Shown here: positions 37,753-48,722 of the stretch, in pieces
Position numbering within the stretch: position 1 is the stretch's first letter
Layout: each line of letters starts with the position of its first letter
From: Pseudomonadota bacterium
GTDB taxonomy: Bacteria > Pseudomonadota > Alphaproteobacteria > Rs-D84
Reading direction: 5' to 3'
Assembly (NCBI GenBank): GCA_023402015.1
Contig: JAEXCU010000015.1
Span: 67,879 to 131,878, forward strand
Length of the DNA: 64,000 nt
Made by a program: the position numbers and the translations under genes
The notes under the pieces: generated by a model
The model's database searches: none
The model's input: the letters and a program-made list of their open reading frames with translations, nothing else
What the model was told of the DNA's origin: nothing

Positions 37753-39700
37753 TTTTTATGTAATTTATCCGTCCGGATTTATAAATCACCAGGCCACCAT
37801 TTAAAATCTTGTGATTACATTTTTCAGAATTAATTTGAAAATAAGAAACAATGTAATCTATGTTATCATCATTACATAACCGGGCGATATTGTTTTTCAA
37901 CGGAACAAATTTCTGGATATATGCCAAATTGAAATTTTCTGTTTTATAAATATAAACGCCATTGTCATGTGGGCGACGCCGGTTTGGTGTTTCAGGCGCC
38001 AGACCGTTTAATTGTTTCCATGTGCCGAATGCGAAATAATGGTTTGCCGCGCGTGATTTATTAAACGTCAGTTCGCCATTATCATAAAATCCAACCAATT
38101 CATGATCGTACGTTGCATAAAATACCGGCTTTGCACTTGTTGCAATAATTATCCCGGCAATTGTGATAAACACGCCAAATAAAATATAATTTGTGCGGGA
38201 CCGGTTGGTACGAATAAACATTAACGCCAGAAATCCCAAAATTATAAAACACATGGCGGAATTGGGAATGTGCGGCATAGGAATTGTTGCGCCGGGCAGC
38301 GTCGCGATTTTATGTGCGATATGTAATGTGAAATTATAAATTGTATCCGCCATGATTAATGGACCATGCCAACCCAATACTGCGGTAATTGTTCCAATCA
38401 TCACCAATGGCATAATCGCCACGGAAAATATTGGCAATAAAATCAAATTACCAATCAGGCCGTACATCGGCATGGTTCCAAAATGTGCAATTACAAATGG
38501 CGCGGTAAATATTGTTGCAACCACAGAAGTTAAAATTGTCGCGGTGATAAATTTCATAACTTTATTATTTGGCATTTTTGGTTTAACCGTTCCCCAAAAC
38601 CACACCAGGCCAAATATTGCAGAAAAAGACAATTGAAATCCCGCCTGCATAATGTAATGCGGATTCATCAGAAATATAATGCAAAATGCGACGCAGACAT
38701 TCCGCATGGAAATTGCATTACGACTGAAAATAAATGCGGCGAAAATCAATGTGGTCATCAAGAATGCACGAATTGTTGCAACATCTATGCCAGACAGAAA
38801 CAAATAAAACAGTAATCCAAACCATGCGCATATCATGGCCGGAATTCGTGCGGGAACGCGCCGTGTTATCGGTGCAATCAAACGAAAGATTAAATAAAAG
38901 AAACCAAACAACCAACCCGACACCAACGTCATATGAAATCCACTGATTGACCAGACATGACCAATGCCGGTTGCCGTCCATATCTTGCTTTCTTCTTTGG
39001 GAACTGAATTTTTATAACCCAAAACCAAACTGTCGGCCAAGAATGAATTTGTCCGCCGGTGTAAATATTCACGCATTGCATTTATGTTGGGGTAATTATG
39101 GTGATTAATTACATGAATATCTGTTAAATACCCTGTTGCGGTCAGGTGGTTGAAATACGCCCAACGTGCATAATCAAATGTCCCGGGCGCATCGGGCAGG
39201 GCCGGACGAAATAAATTCACCGTTGCGCGAACCGTGTCGCCAATTTCCGGTACGGGCATGTCATCGCCCATACTGACGCGGATAATTGCGGTTTTGCCGT
39301 TTGCACCAATTTGATCAGAATTTAGTTTCATGTAAATTCTGGCCCGGGAATCGGTATAGTCAATTTTCATTACGTGTGCCGTGATATCCATATTGCGAAC
39401 ATCGCGCGTCAGTTGCGGTGTTGAAATAAAATGTGTAAATGCCGCGGCATAGAAAAATCCGAATGCAAAAATAACTATGCCACGTGCCAACAACGGAATG
39501 CGTTTAATAAACATCAGTGCAAATAAAATCGCGGCAAATATGCCCGGGAAACCCAAATGTGGTTCCATGGGCAATGTGAAATATAAACCTGCGCCAAATG
39601 CCATTAAAAACGGCACCCACAGAAACACATTATGAAATTGGTTTTCCAATAAATCACGCATACGAAAAGTATAGGAATTTATATTGTAAATTGGCAACAT
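37721..39700 (-). CDS. comEC: ComEC/Rec2-family membrane protein
   Basis: A polytopic membrane protein with a competence-domain core and no beta-lactamase-like C-terminal domain. Confidence 0.8.
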   Translation of the reverse strand: MLPIYNINSYTFRMRDLLENQFHNVFLWVPFLMAFGAGLYFTLPMEPHLGFPGIFAAILFALMFIKRIPLLARGIVIFAFGFFYAAAFTHFISTPQLTRDVRNMDITAHVMKIDYTDSRARIYMKLNSDQIGANGKTAIIRVSMGDDMPVPEIGDTVRATVNLFRPALPDAPGTFDYARWAYFNHLTATGYLTDIHVINHHNYPNINAMREYLHRRTNSFLADSLVLGYKNSVPKEESKIWTATGIGHVWSISGFHMTLVSGWLFGFFYLIFRLIAPITRRVPARIPAMICAWFGLLFYLFLSGIDVATIRAFLMTTLIFAAFIFSRNAISMRNVCVAFCIIFLMNPHYIMQAGFQLSFSAIFGLVWFWGTVKPKMPNNKVMKFITATILTSVVATIFTAPFVIAHFGTMPMYGLIGNLILLPIFSVAIMPLVMIGTITAVLGWHGPLIMADTIYNFTLHIAHKIATLPGATIPMPHIPNSAMCFIILGFLALMFIRTNRSRTNYILFGVFITIAGIIIATSAKPVFYATYDHELVGFYDNGELTFNKSRAANHYFAFGTWKQLNGLAPETPNRRRPHDNGVYIYKTENFNLAYIQKFVPLKNNIARLCNDDNIDYIVSYFQINSEKCNHKILNGGLVIYKSGRINYIKTNRYWHNPRP

Positions 39701-39727
39701 TAAATTATAAAAATGCAGTTTGGATAT

Positions 39728-40042
39728 TTATTTGCCAAATATAAAAGAATCATTTGCGGTTATTTTAATTATTTCATCCACATTATCGTTGTCGGTTGTA
39801 CGCTGACGCTTTACTTTGCCGCAAATTTCGCATTTGTGCGTGATTATGAAACCATCCCCGGACGGGGCGGCGGAAATGGGCCGCATCATTCCACCACATG
39901 TTGCCGCGCGGTCGCCCGGATTGTTATCCACATGGCGCGACCACAGGCAATGCGGGCAATGGTTTGTGTATCCATTACCATGTACAACTGCGCCACAATG
40001 GGCGCAGTTAAAATCTTCTATTTTTTTTATGAAAGCCTTCAT
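39728..40042 (-). CDS. RNHCP-domain protein
   Basis: The motif TNHCPHCLWSRH and further Cys pairs (CAHCG, CEICG). Confidence 0.7.
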   Translation of the reverse strand: MKAFIKKIEDFNCAHCGAVVHGNGYTNHCPHCLWSRHVDNNPGDRAATCGGMMRPISAAPSGDGFIITHKCEICGKVKRQRTTDNDNVDEIIKITANDSFIFGK

Positions 40043-40050
40043 GGGCGATT

Positions 40051-40299
40051 TTAAATTCCCAATGCGTTGCGATACATTTGTGTTAATTCATCAACTTCGT
40101 CAATTTCATCCGGGTCCAGTTTGCGCAGACGTATCATCTGGCGGATGTATTTCGGGTCAAATCCGGCGGATTTAGCCTCGCTGTAAATTTCTTTTACATC
40201 GGCGGCGATTGCGGCCGAATCTTCGTTTAATTTTTCAATTCTTTGAATAATGCTGATTAACTGCTGGTTATCAATTGCGCCGTGATTTGCGTTTTTCAT
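40051..40299 (-). CDS. DUF2312 (GapR-type) small DNA-binding protein
   Basis: The sequence LISIIQRIEKLNEDSAAIAADVKEIYSEAKSAGFDPKYIRQMIRLRK belongs to an alphaproteobacteria-typical family. Confidence 0.85.
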   Translation of the reverse strand: MKNANHGAIDNQQLISIIQRIEKLNEDSAAIAADVKEIYSEAKSAGFDPKYIRQMIRLRKLDPDEIDEVDELTQMYRNALGI

Positions 40300-40389
40300 G
40301 CAGATTTCCCCTTGTTTCTTGTCGTTCTTTATGATATACCATAAATCGCAAAAATCAAGAAAAATGACATTAAAATAATTGGAAGAAAT

Positions 40390-41760
40390 ATGAATAAATT
40401 TACAAAAATTACTGCATCAATCGGTCCCAACTGCGAAGACAGGGAAACACTGACAAAAATGATACTGGCGGGGGCAAATATGTGTCGCCTGAATTTCAGT
40501 CATGATACCGGCGATGTCCAGGGCAAGAAAATTGATTTAATCCGTGAAATTTCACACGAAATTAATCGGCCTGTTGCAATCGTAATTGATTTGCAGGGAC
40601 CAAAACATCGTATTGGTAATTTCGCCAGCGAAGATAAATATCCCCTGACAATTGGCCAGAAATTTGTTTTTGATACCGACCCAACGCCGGGCGACGGCAC
40701 ACGTGTGCAATTGCCGGACGCAGACGTTATGAATTCTTTGAATGTTGGCGACAGAATTTTGTTAAATGACGGCAAAATTGAAATGCGGGTGGAAACTGTT
40801 TCCCCAAACAAGATTGTTGCAACGGTTTTACGTGGCACAGAAATATGGTCCCGCCGCGGATTTAATTTGCCGGATACTGAAATTGCGACATCTGTTTTAA
40901 CGGAAAAAGACCGTGCAGATTTGGAATATGCGATTACAAAAAATCCGGATTGGGTTGCGATTTCATTCGTGCAAAAACCCGAAGATGTGGCCGAGGTTCG
41001 TGATTTCATTACCGCGCGCACGGCGCATCCGATTAAAATTATCGCCAAAATTGAACGTCCAAACGCCGTCGCCAGAATCAGCGAAATTGCCGCCGTCGCA
41101 GACGGTATCATGATTGCCCGTGGTGATTTAGCAGTTGAGGTTCCTTTTGAAGAAGTGCCTGCCATTTCCCGTCGTATAATTCGCGAATGCCGCAAAATGA
41201 ATAAACCTGTCATTATGGCCACGCAAATGTTGGCAACCATGGTGAACAGTGAATTCCCAACCCGCGCCGAAATCAGCGACGTTGCAAACGCCGCGTATCT
41301 GCGCGCAGATTCAACCATGACATCTGAGGAAACAACAATTGGTATAAACCCGGTAAACGTAATTGAAACGATGACCAAAATTTTGGCATATGCCGACAAA
41401 GACGCGATTGAAAATCCATATGATTGGTCGCGCGTGGAAAATGTGCCTGAAAATGACTGGTCCCGCAGTGTCGCATCAATGGCGTATTTAAACCGTGCAT
41501 GTGCAATTGTTGTGTTTGCACGTGATACCGATGCGACAACCCAAATTTCTTGTCGTAAACCTGATATTCCAATCATTGCCGTATGCAATGAACCGGTGGT
41601 TGCAAACCAATTGTGTTTGTCCCGCGGTGTGTTCCCAATTTATGACGAAGCATTATTCGGCCAACGTGATGGATTTAATTCCGCACGCGCATTTGGAATA
41701 ATGACAGGCAAATTGGTTATTGTTGACGAAGACAAAATCAGCCTGCGCACATTGGATTAA
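40390..41760 (+). CDS. pyk: pyruvate kinase
   Basis: Motifs TKITASIGP, NMCRLNFSH, MIARGDLAVE and MATQML. Confidence 0.9.
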   Translation: MNKFTKITASIGPNCEDRETLTKMILAGANMCRLNFSHDTGDVQGKKIDLIREISHEINRPVAIVIDLQGPKHRIGNFASEDKYPLTIGQKFVFDTDPTPGDGTRVQLPDADVMNSLNVGDRILLNDGKIEMRVETVSPNKIVATVLRGTEIWSRRGFNLPDTEIATSVLTEKDRADLEYAITKNPDWVAISFVQKPEDVAEVRDFITARTAHPIKIIAKIERPNAVARISEIAAVADGIMIARGDLAVEVPFEEVPAISRRIIRECRKMNKPVIMATQMLATMVNSEFPTRAEISDVANAAYLRADSTMTSEETTIGINPVNVIETMTKILAYADKDAIENPYDWSRVENVPENDWSRSVASMAYLNRACAIVVFARDTDATTQISCRKPDIPIIAVCNEPVVANQLCLSRGVFPIYDEALFGQRDGFNSARAFGIMTGKLVIVDEDKISLRTLD

Positions 41761-41839
41761 TATTGCGCATATATCTGTTGCCGGCATGCGGGAAATTATG
41801 TTGACCGCGGCCGGCATTTTTTATTAAACTTTAACAGGT

Positions 41840-43003
41840 ATGAAAAGACTGCTGGGCATTTTATTTTGTTGGTTGGCGTTTCCTGCATTTGGGGCGCAGT
41901 ATCGCGCGGCCCTGGTGGCCAATATGGACACCGGCCAGGTGTTGTACCAAGAAAACGCAAATGATGCGAATTATCCGGCATCGCTGACAAAAATAATGAC
42001 AATTTATCTGACGTTTGATGCGTTGGAACACGGGCGGTTGCATCTGGACGATTATTTAATCGTGTCGCAATCTGCGGCAAATGCGTCACCGGTAAAACTG
42101 GGCGTTGCCGCGGGCAGCAAGATTAAGGTTGAAGACGCGATTAAGGCCCTGACGGTGATGAGTGCGAATGACGTCGCCCGCGTTTTGGCCGAAAACTTAA
42201 AGGGCGGCAAAGAAGGAAATTTTGCCGATTTAATGACACGCGTGGCAACAGAAATCGGATTATCGCATACAAATTTTGAAAATTCATCCGGTTTGCCAAA
42301 TGACGATCACATGTCAACTGCGCGTGATATTGCGTTAATGTCCATGGCCGTGTATAAACATTTCCCACAATATTGGAAATATTTTGGAATAAAAACGTGG
42401 ACGTATAACGGCAAAACATACACAAATGGCAATCGCCTGCTGGGGACATATCCGGGTTGCGACGGGATGAAAACAGGTTTTACCAATAAATCGCGTTATT
42501 CATTGGTTGCAACGGCGCGGCGGAATGATACACATCTGATTGCGGTGGTATTGGGTGCAGAAAACAAAGACGTTCGTGCGGCGGTTGCGACACAATTGCT
42601 GGATCGCGGGTTTGCGATAAATTCTGGTGCATCCGCCCCGGTTGTTCGTAAAACGGACGTATCGCCGATTCAAAAAACGACGAATGTGAAATCGCCGACC
42701 CCGGCCGCCAACCCGGCCCCAACATTTACGGCCGCATACGCGGCGGCGACATCCGCACCGGCGGCAAAGTATACCGCCGCATCGTCCGGTACGGCGGGTG
42801 TACAATTCGGGGCATTTTCATCACGCGATGCGGCCACCGCACAGGTGGCGCGTGTAAAAAATGCATTAAATGCGAACGCGGTTGTGGAACCTGCGCCAAA
42901 TGGAATGTTTCGTGTGCGGGTAAATAATATGACTGAAACCGCGGCACAGAAATTGAAATCATCTGCCAGTGCAGCCGGCATTGACAGTTATATATTTCAC
43001 TAG
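41840..43003 (+). CDS. dacA: D-alanyl-D-alanine carboxypeptidase with a C-terminal SPOR domain
   Basis: SxxK motif PASLTK, SxN motif SANDVA and KTG motif. The SPOR-like tail is GVQFGAFSSRDAATAQ...GMFRVRVNNM. Confidence 0.85.
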   Translation: MKRLLGILFCWLAFPAFGAQYRAALVANMDTGQVLYQENANDANYPASLTKIMTIYLTFDALEHGRLHLDDYLIVSQSAANASPVKLGVAAGSKIKVEDAIKALTVMSANDVARVLAENLKGGKEGNFADLMTRVATEIGLSHTNFENSSGLPNDDHMSTARDIALMSMAVYKHFPQYWKYFGIKTWTYNGKTYTNGNRLLGTYPGCDGMKTGFTNKSRYSLVATARRNDTHLIAVVLGAENKDVRAAVATQLLDRGFAINSGASAPVVRKTDVSPIQKTTNVKSPTPAANPAPTFTAAYAAATSAPAAKYTAASSGTAGVQFGAFSSRDAATAQVARVKNALNANAVVEPAPNGMFRVRVNNMTETAAQKLKSSASAAGIDSYIFH

Positions 43004-43015
43004 GTAATATTTATC

Positions 43016-43615
43016 ATGAATTCAAAGATTGAAAAGTTAATAAAACAATTTGCAAAATTGCCGCGCCTGGGGTCCCGCGCGGCGCAACGTATTGTTCTGG
43101 CCCTGTTGCAGGATAAAACCGGGCGCGCAGAAAAATTGGCCGCGGCGTTATTGGATGCGGCGGAAAATATTCGGCCATGCCCAATATGTGGAATGTTAAC
43201 CGATGCGGATGCCGGCGCATGTGAATTCTGTCGTGATGCATCGCGCGCAAATGGGCAATTATGTGTTGTGCGCGATTTGTCAGACGTTTGGGTGTTGGAA
43301 AAATCCGCGGTTTTTCATGGTCGTTATCACATTTTGGGCGGACAATTATCCGGTGCGGTCGGAACAACCCCGGATGATTTAAATATTGCCGGATTGCCAG
43401 AACGGATAAAAAATGAAAATATAACTGAAATTATTTTTGCGTTGCCCAACACGGTTGAGGGTAAAACAACCCAGCATTATGTTATGTCTGTTGTGGGCCC
43501 AGATTGTGGTGCGGCATTTTCAGAATTGGCGTCAGGGGTTCCATTGGGTGGCGATTTGGATTATTTGGATGACGGCACATTGACATTGGCATTCGGGGGG
43601 CGCAAGGCATTATGA
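43016..43615 (+). CDS. recR: recombination protein RecR
   Basis: An HhH N-terminus, a Cys4 finger (CPICG...CEFC) and a Toprim domain. Confidence 0.9.
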   Translation: MNSKIEKLIKQFAKLPRLGSRAAQRIVLALLQDKTGRAEKLAAALLDAAENIRPCPICGMLTDADAGACEFCRDASRANGQLCVVRDLSDVWVLEKSAVFHGRYHILGGQLSGAVGTTPDDLNIAGLPERIKNENITEIIFALPNTVEGKTTQHYVMSVVGPDCGAAFSELASGVPLGGDLDYLDDGTLTLAFGGRKAL

Positions 43616-44442
43616 CCACAGATAAAATTGCATCTTTGCCCCCCGTTTCTGAAATGATGCGCGAATGCGGATTGGAACCGAAAAAGCAATTTGGCCAAAA
43701 TTTCTTGTTTGATTTAAACCTGACAGGGCGCATCGCGCGCAGTGTTCCGAACATCGCGACAACCCCAGTGGTAGAGGTTGGCCCCGGTCCCGCCGGCCTG
43801 ACGCGTGCGTTGTTATTGGCAGGCGCGCCGCGCGTTGTTGCCATTGAAAAAGATAAAACAACCGAACCGATATTATCGCGCGTGGCGGATGCGGCCGGTG
43901 GTCGTTTGACCGTTATTTATGATGATGCATTGCGGGTTAATTTTGCGGCACTGGGGCTGACGGAATATGCAATTTGCGCAAATTTGCCATACAATGTTGG
44001 AACAGAATTACTGACGCGCTGGCTGGTGCGTGCGGCGGGGGGCGCGCCGATAAAATCCATGACGCTGATGTTTCAACGCGAAGTGGGCATGCGTATTGTT
44101 GCCGCGCCCGGCGACGAACATTATGGGCGTTTGGCGGTGTTAACATCATTGGTTGCAGATGCGCGGATACTGTTTGACGTTCCAAATACCGCATTTGTGC
44201 CACGGCCCAAAGTTCAAAGTGCGGTTGTCCAGATAATTCCAAACGCGGACAAGATTTGCAAAATCCCAGATATTACGCGCATTGAAAAAATAACCGCAAA
44301 ATTATTTGGCCAACGTCGCAAAATGATACGCGGAATAATGCCGGGCGTTGATTGGGCGCGATTTGGTCTGACCGGTACCGAACGCGCCGAAGAATTATCG
44401 CCATCGCAATTTGCGCAATTGGCCCATGAATTAATGTCCTGA
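43612..44442 (+). CDS. rsmA: 16S rRNA (adenine1518/1519-N6)-dimethyltransferase
   Basis: Motifs KKQFGQNFL, VVEVGPGPAGLT and ANLPYNV. Confidence 0.9.
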   Translation: MTTDKIASLPPVSEMMRECGLEPKKQFGQNFLFDLNLTGRIARSVPNIATTPVVEVGPGPAGLTRALLLAGAPRVVAIEKDKTTEPILSRVADAAGGRLTVIYDDALRVNFAALGLTEYAICANLPYNVGTELLTRWLVRAAGGAPIKSMTLMFQREVGMRIVAAPGDEHYGRLAVLTSLVADARILFDVPNTAFVPRPKVQSAVVQIIPNADKICKIPDITRIEKITAKLFGQRRKMIRGIMPGVDWARFGLTGTERAEELSPSQFAQLAHELMS

Positions 44443-44503
44443 TGTTTGAATTTCTGATATAATCAAATTAACCCGGGGCTGAATACAAGAGAGAGAGAAA
44501 CAA

Positions 44504-46204
44504 ATGCCACTGTCAATATTAATATTTTTCGGAATTGTTTTTGTATTGGTTTTTTTATTGCGTGTGGCGCGTATTGGGGCGCTGTCTGCGTTTTTATTGG
44601 CCGGCGTAATATCCGGACCATTTGTTTTAAATATATTTCAATTGTCAGAAACCTGGACGTTCCTGGGCGATTTGGGGATACTGTTTTTATGGTTTAATTT
44701 GGGACTGGAAATAAATATCAAACGTCTGTGGAATATGCGTCATACAATATTTGGATTTGGCGCCGCCCAGGTTTTAATGGTTGCGGTTATGCTGTTCCCG
44801 TTGCTGTTTGGGATTACTGGCTGGTCAATTATGGGATGCGTGATGATTGCATTACTGTTGGCAATGTCCAGTACGTCCGAAGATTTGCAATTATTAACCG
44901 ATCGTAATCAGTTAAACACAAACATGGGGCGCCAGACGTTTTCCATTTTATTGTTCCAAGACTTGCTGTCCATTCCATTATTGGCCATGTTGCCTGTGTT
45001 TGCGGGACATACATTTAACCTGGGGGCAACGGCGATTGATATTGCGGTAATGTCGGTTGCGTTGGTCGTGGGTGTGGTGGTAATTGGTCGGTTTATATTA
45101 AACCCACTGATGCGTATGGTTGCCAAAATAAAATCCAAAGAGGCATTTCTGCTGGCCGTTATGCTGAACATAATCGTGTGGGCGGTGATTATGGACCTGA
45201 TGGGATTGCCGGCGGGGTTGGGTGCATTTATGGCCGGTATGCTGATGTCGGAAACGATTTATCGTCATCAGGTCAGTGCCGAAATCAGTCCGTACGCAAT
45301 GCTGTTCTTGGCGTTCTTTTTCATATCTTTGGGTATGGGATTAAATCTGCCGATGCTGGGCCAGAATTGGTATATCATTTTGGGCGGTTTGGTTGGATTG
45401 ATTGTTGTGAAATTCATTGCCATATTTATGGTTGCGCGCGTGCGGCGTGTGGCGGTTCCTGATGCAATAATGATTGCGCTGATTTTGGCCCAGGGTGGTG
45501 AATTCGGACTGTTGATGTTGCAAACGATGAAGACCGCCGGTATTGATATATTGCCGCCACAACACCAAGAAATCGTAACGGCAATTATCATATTGTCAAT
45601 TATGGCAACCCCACTGTTGTTGGCGGTTTATGACCGTATTCGTCATTCTGGAAAATTATTTAATGGCGCCGCACTGCAAACAGATGTTGCAACCAAAGAA
45701 AAAACAGATGTTATCATTTGTGGTTTTGGTCGTGTTGGTCAGATTATTGCGCAAATGCTGACGTCCCAGGGAATATCATATGTTGCAATTGATTTGGATG
45801 TTAATGCGGTGATGCAGGGTCGTGCACGCGGATTTAATGTTGTATACGGTGATTGCCGCAATGCCGATGTATTGCGCGATTTCGGATTATCGCCACGTAA
45901 AACACGCGCGGTGGTAATCGCATTGGATAATGCGACAACGGCGCGCAACACTGTGCTGACCGTACGTGGTATTGCGCCGCGTGTTAAGATATTTGCACGT
46001 GCACGCAACCTGGATGACAGCAAGATTTTACTTAAACAGGGTGTCCAGTGCGCATTGCCCGAAACGATTGAATCATCGTTCTTTTTGGGATACAACGTTT
46101 TGGAACATTTGGGTGTATCTGAACGCAAAATGGATGATTTACTGGACGAAATGCGGCGCGATAATTATGCCCAGGTTGGCAGTCCGATTTCAGATAAACA
46201 ATAA
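44504..46204 (+). CDS. CPA2-family cation:proton antiporter with a TrkA-N domain (KefB/KefC-like)
   Basis: A polytopic N-terminal domain plus the Rossmann motif VIICGFGRVGQ. Confidence 0.85.
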   Translation: MPLSILIFFGIVFVLVFLLRVARIGALSAFLLAGVISGPFVLNIFQLSETWTFLGDLGILFLWFNLGLEINIKRLWNMRHTIFGFGAAQVLMVAVMLFPLLFGITGWSIMGCVMIALLLAMSSTSEDLQLLTDRNQLNTNMGRQTFSILLFQDLLSIPLLAMLPVFAGHTFNLGATAIDIAVMSVALVVGVVVIGRFILNPLMRMVAKIKSKEAFLLAVMLNIIVWAVIMDLMGLPAGLGAFMAGMLMSETIYRHQVSAEISPYAMLFLAFFFISLGMGLNLPMLGQNWYIILGGLVGLIVVKFIAIFMVARVRRVAVPDAIMIALILAQGGEFGLLMLQTMKTAGIDILPPQHQEIVTAIIILSIMATPLLLAVYDRIRHSGKLFNGAALQTDVATKEKTDVIICGFGRVGQIIAQMLTSQGISYVAIDLDVNAVMQGRARGFNVVYGDCRNADVLRDFGLSPRKTRAVVIALDNATTARNTVLTVRGIAPRVKIFARARNLDDSKILLKQGVQCALPETIESSFFLGYNVLEHLGVSERKMDDLLDEMRRDNYAQVGSPISDKQ

Positions 46205-46302
46205 CGGAATATCTTCCTGATACATGTCCCCGGGTACAGGGGACATTTTATTTGATTTTGTGCACGGGGACTGTTATATTGCGACAAATGGGGAACAGGT
46301 TT

Positions 46303-46842
46303 ATGAAAAAGAAATTATTAAAGTATCTGGGTATTATTTTTGCCGTTATTTTGGCGGACCAAATTTCCAAAGGAATATTGCTGTACATCATTACCGGCCA
46401 GGTGCCATTGGTTGGTGATGCGTGGACATTGGTGCAATATCCGCACCTAATGACCCAGGTGGCAAATTTCTTTAATATTGTATTTACGTGGAATCCAGGT
46501 GCGTCTTTTTCAATGCTGCGCGGCCTGGGCGAGGCCGCCCCAATCGTAATTATCATCGCAACCGGATTTATTATTGGATTTATCGGATATTATTTGTTTA
46601 CCCGCGCGGCCAAATATGAACGCGTGCCATTGGCGTTAATTGCGGGCGGTGCAATTGGTAATCTGATTGACAGAATACGCTTTGGCGCAGTGATTGATTT
46701 CTTGGATTTTCATATTGGCGGTTGGCATTGGCCGGCATTTAATGTTGCAGACATTTGCATTTGTGTGGGTGTTGCACTATATATACTGAACTGGTTGATT
46801 GCCAGACGTCGTTGTACGAAACAATTAAAGGAAAGTAAATAA
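46303..46842 (+). CDS. lspA: signal peptidase II
   Basis: Motifs NPGASFS and GGAIGNLIDR, and FNVAD. The ATG is at 46303. Confidence 0.9.
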   Translation: MKKKLLKYLGIIFAVILADQISKGILLYIITGQVPLVGDAWTLVQYPHLMTQVANFFNIVFTWNPGASFSMLRGLGEAAPIVIIIATGFIIGFIGYYLFTRAAKYERVPLALIAGGAIGNLIDRIRFGAVIDFLDFHIGGWHWPAFNVADICICVGVALYILNWLIARRRCTKQLKESK

Positions 46843-46844
46843 CC

Positions 46845-48446
46845 ATGGTAAAGTTTTTGGATAAAAATTCCGGTTTTTCACAGTGGAATGCGAACCAGGC
46901 CGCATCCCAGAAAAATGCCACCACGAAAAAGTCGCCTTTTGGTGGATTTCTGTGGTGGGTTGTATTATTTGTTGCATCATTTTGGTTGATTAATTCATTC
47001 TTGTCCCCCAAAAAGAACCAGGTCGCGGAAACCACCGATACCGTTGTGGCCGTGGATGTATCCGGTGTTCCGACATCAGAAATAAAATCTGACAAGATTT
47101 CTGCCACCGTTCAGGGATTACGCGTATCTGATATAAAATTACATGAATTTGCACAAAATGGCGCGGCCGGTGATGATGAAAATGCAGAACCTGTTTCTTT
47201 GCTGGGCGCCCCAGATAATTTTGCCGAGGTTGGCCTGCTGTCCACCGGAACAACGGCGCCGGGTGCAACAACCGTATGGCGCGCCGTTGACGGTGCCCAG
47301 GTTTGGCGTAATAACGACGGGGTGAATTTCCGACGCGCATATAAAACCGACGGATATGTAATTACAATCACAGACGAAATTAAAAATAATACTAAACGTG
47401 AAATTTCCGTTGCACCATACGTTCGCATTATGCGCGACAACGATGTTAAATCGTCCGCCGGCGTTTATACCGGCGCGGTCGCATTTGTAAATTCTGATAT
47501 AGAACATCAGGATTGGAAAGACATGGACCGCAAATCATACGCATATTCCACCACAAACGGATTTGTCGGATTCGCAGACCAGTATTGGGAATCCGTTGCC
47601 GCAATAAATCGCCCGGACCAAACAATCCGCGTTAAAAAGATTGGTGATAAATATCAGGCAGACGCGGCGGCCGCAGCCGTTGTTATTGCACCGGGCGCCA
47701 CAGAAACAATTACGACACATATTTTTGCCGGTCCCAGAAATCAAGAGGTTTTAAGTACCGTCGCAACCCAAATTCCGGGCGTAAATAAAACCGTTGATTA
47801 TGGATGGTTTGGATTCTTGGCGCGACCAATGCTGTGGGCATTGAACGCGATTAATTCTGTTGTAATGAATTACGGTGTTGCGATTATTATCTTTACATTA
47901 CTGTTGCGTTTGCTGATATGGCCACTGACACGTAAATCATATACGTCTATGATGGCCATGCAGAAAATGCAACCGGAAATGGCACGTATCCAGAAACTTT
48001 ATGCGAATGACAAGCCACGCATGCAAATGGAAATGATGCGCCTGTATCAGACGCACAAGACATCGCCTATGTCGGGATGTCTGCCAATGCTGATTCAAAT
48101 TCCGATTTTCTTTGCATTGTACAAGGCATTACTGATTTCCGTACCGATGCGCAGTGCGCATTTCCTGTGGATTTCTGATTTGGCGGCAATGGATCCGTAT
48201 TTCATATTGCCAATATTAATGGGCGCAACAATGTGGTGGCAACAACACCTGCAAACCGTCGCAGGCCCGAAAACATCTGCGCCGGGCGATCCGGTTGCCC
48301 AGACCCAGCGGGTTATGAAATGGATGCCAATTGTATTTACGGTTCTGTTTGCGTTTATGCCGGCGGGATTGGTGCTGTATTGGACGGTATCTAATCTGTT
48401 TGCAATCGGTCAGATGTATATCATCAAACGCCGCACCGCAAAATAA
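46845..48446 (+). CDS. yidC: membrane protein insertase YidC
   Basis: A large periplasmic P1 domain and the conserved C-terminal 5-TM core (GCLPMLIQIPIFFALY). Confidence 0.9.
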   Translation: MVKFLDKNSGFSQWNANQAASQKNATTKKSPFGGFLWWVVLFVASFWLINSFLSPKKNQVAETTDTVVAVDVSGVPTSEIKSDKISATVQGLRVSDIKLHEFAQNGAAGDDENAEPVSLLGAPDNFAEVGLLSTGTTAPGATTVWRAVDGAQVWRNNDGVNFRRAYKTDGYVITITDEIKNNTKREISVAPYVRIMRDNDVKSSAGVYTGAVAFVNSDIEHQDWKDMDRKSYAYSTTNGFVGFADQYWESVAAINRPDQTIRVKKIGDKYQADAAAAAVVIAPGATETITTHIFAGPRNQEVLSTVATQIPGVNKTVDYGWFGFLARPMLWALNAINSVVMNYGVAIIIFTLLLRLLIWPLTRKSYTSMMAMQKMQPEMARIQKLYANDKPRMQMEMMRLYQTHKTSPMSGCLPMLIQIPIFFALYKALLISVPMRSAHFLWISDLAAMDPYFILPILMGATMWWQQHLQTVAGPKTSAPGDPVAQTQRVMKWMPIVFTVLFAFMPAGLVLYWTVSNLFAIGQMYIIKRRTAK

Positions 48447-48452
48447 AAAAAT

Positions 48453-48475
48453 CCCCGCCACCGCGGGGATTTTTC
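48453..48475 (+). terminator. Intrinsic terminator TCCCCGC-CACC-GCGGGGA-TTTTT
   Basis: A perfect 7-bp stem plus a T-run after yidC. Confidence 0.8.
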
Positions 48476-48574
48476 ATGATATGCTATACGTGATATGTGT
48501 CGCCGGGCACTTTGTACCTGCGCGTATCTTCTATCCCTATTCAAACTGCGCTGCGCTTGTTTTCATATACTCGG

Positions 48575-48710
48575 ATTCATTGCGAGCGTAGCGTGGCAAT
48601 CCAAACATAAAGCAGTAAAGTTCATCAATTTACTGGATTGCCGCGGTCGTTTCAATCCCTCGCAATGACAGAGGTGATATATCTTTACAACCTCACAATG
48701 ACAAAGGAAA
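48575..48710. repeat. Cluster of short palindromic/direct repeat units built on the CGCAATGAC core
   Basis: The units are CATTGCGAGCGTAGCGTGGCAATCC, GGATTGCCGCGG..CCCTCGCAATGACAGAGG and CCTCACAATGACAAAGG. The track ORF across them reads like the repeat-derived ...LDCHATLAM peptide. Confidence 0.5.
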
Positions 48711-48722
48711 AATTTATTATTA

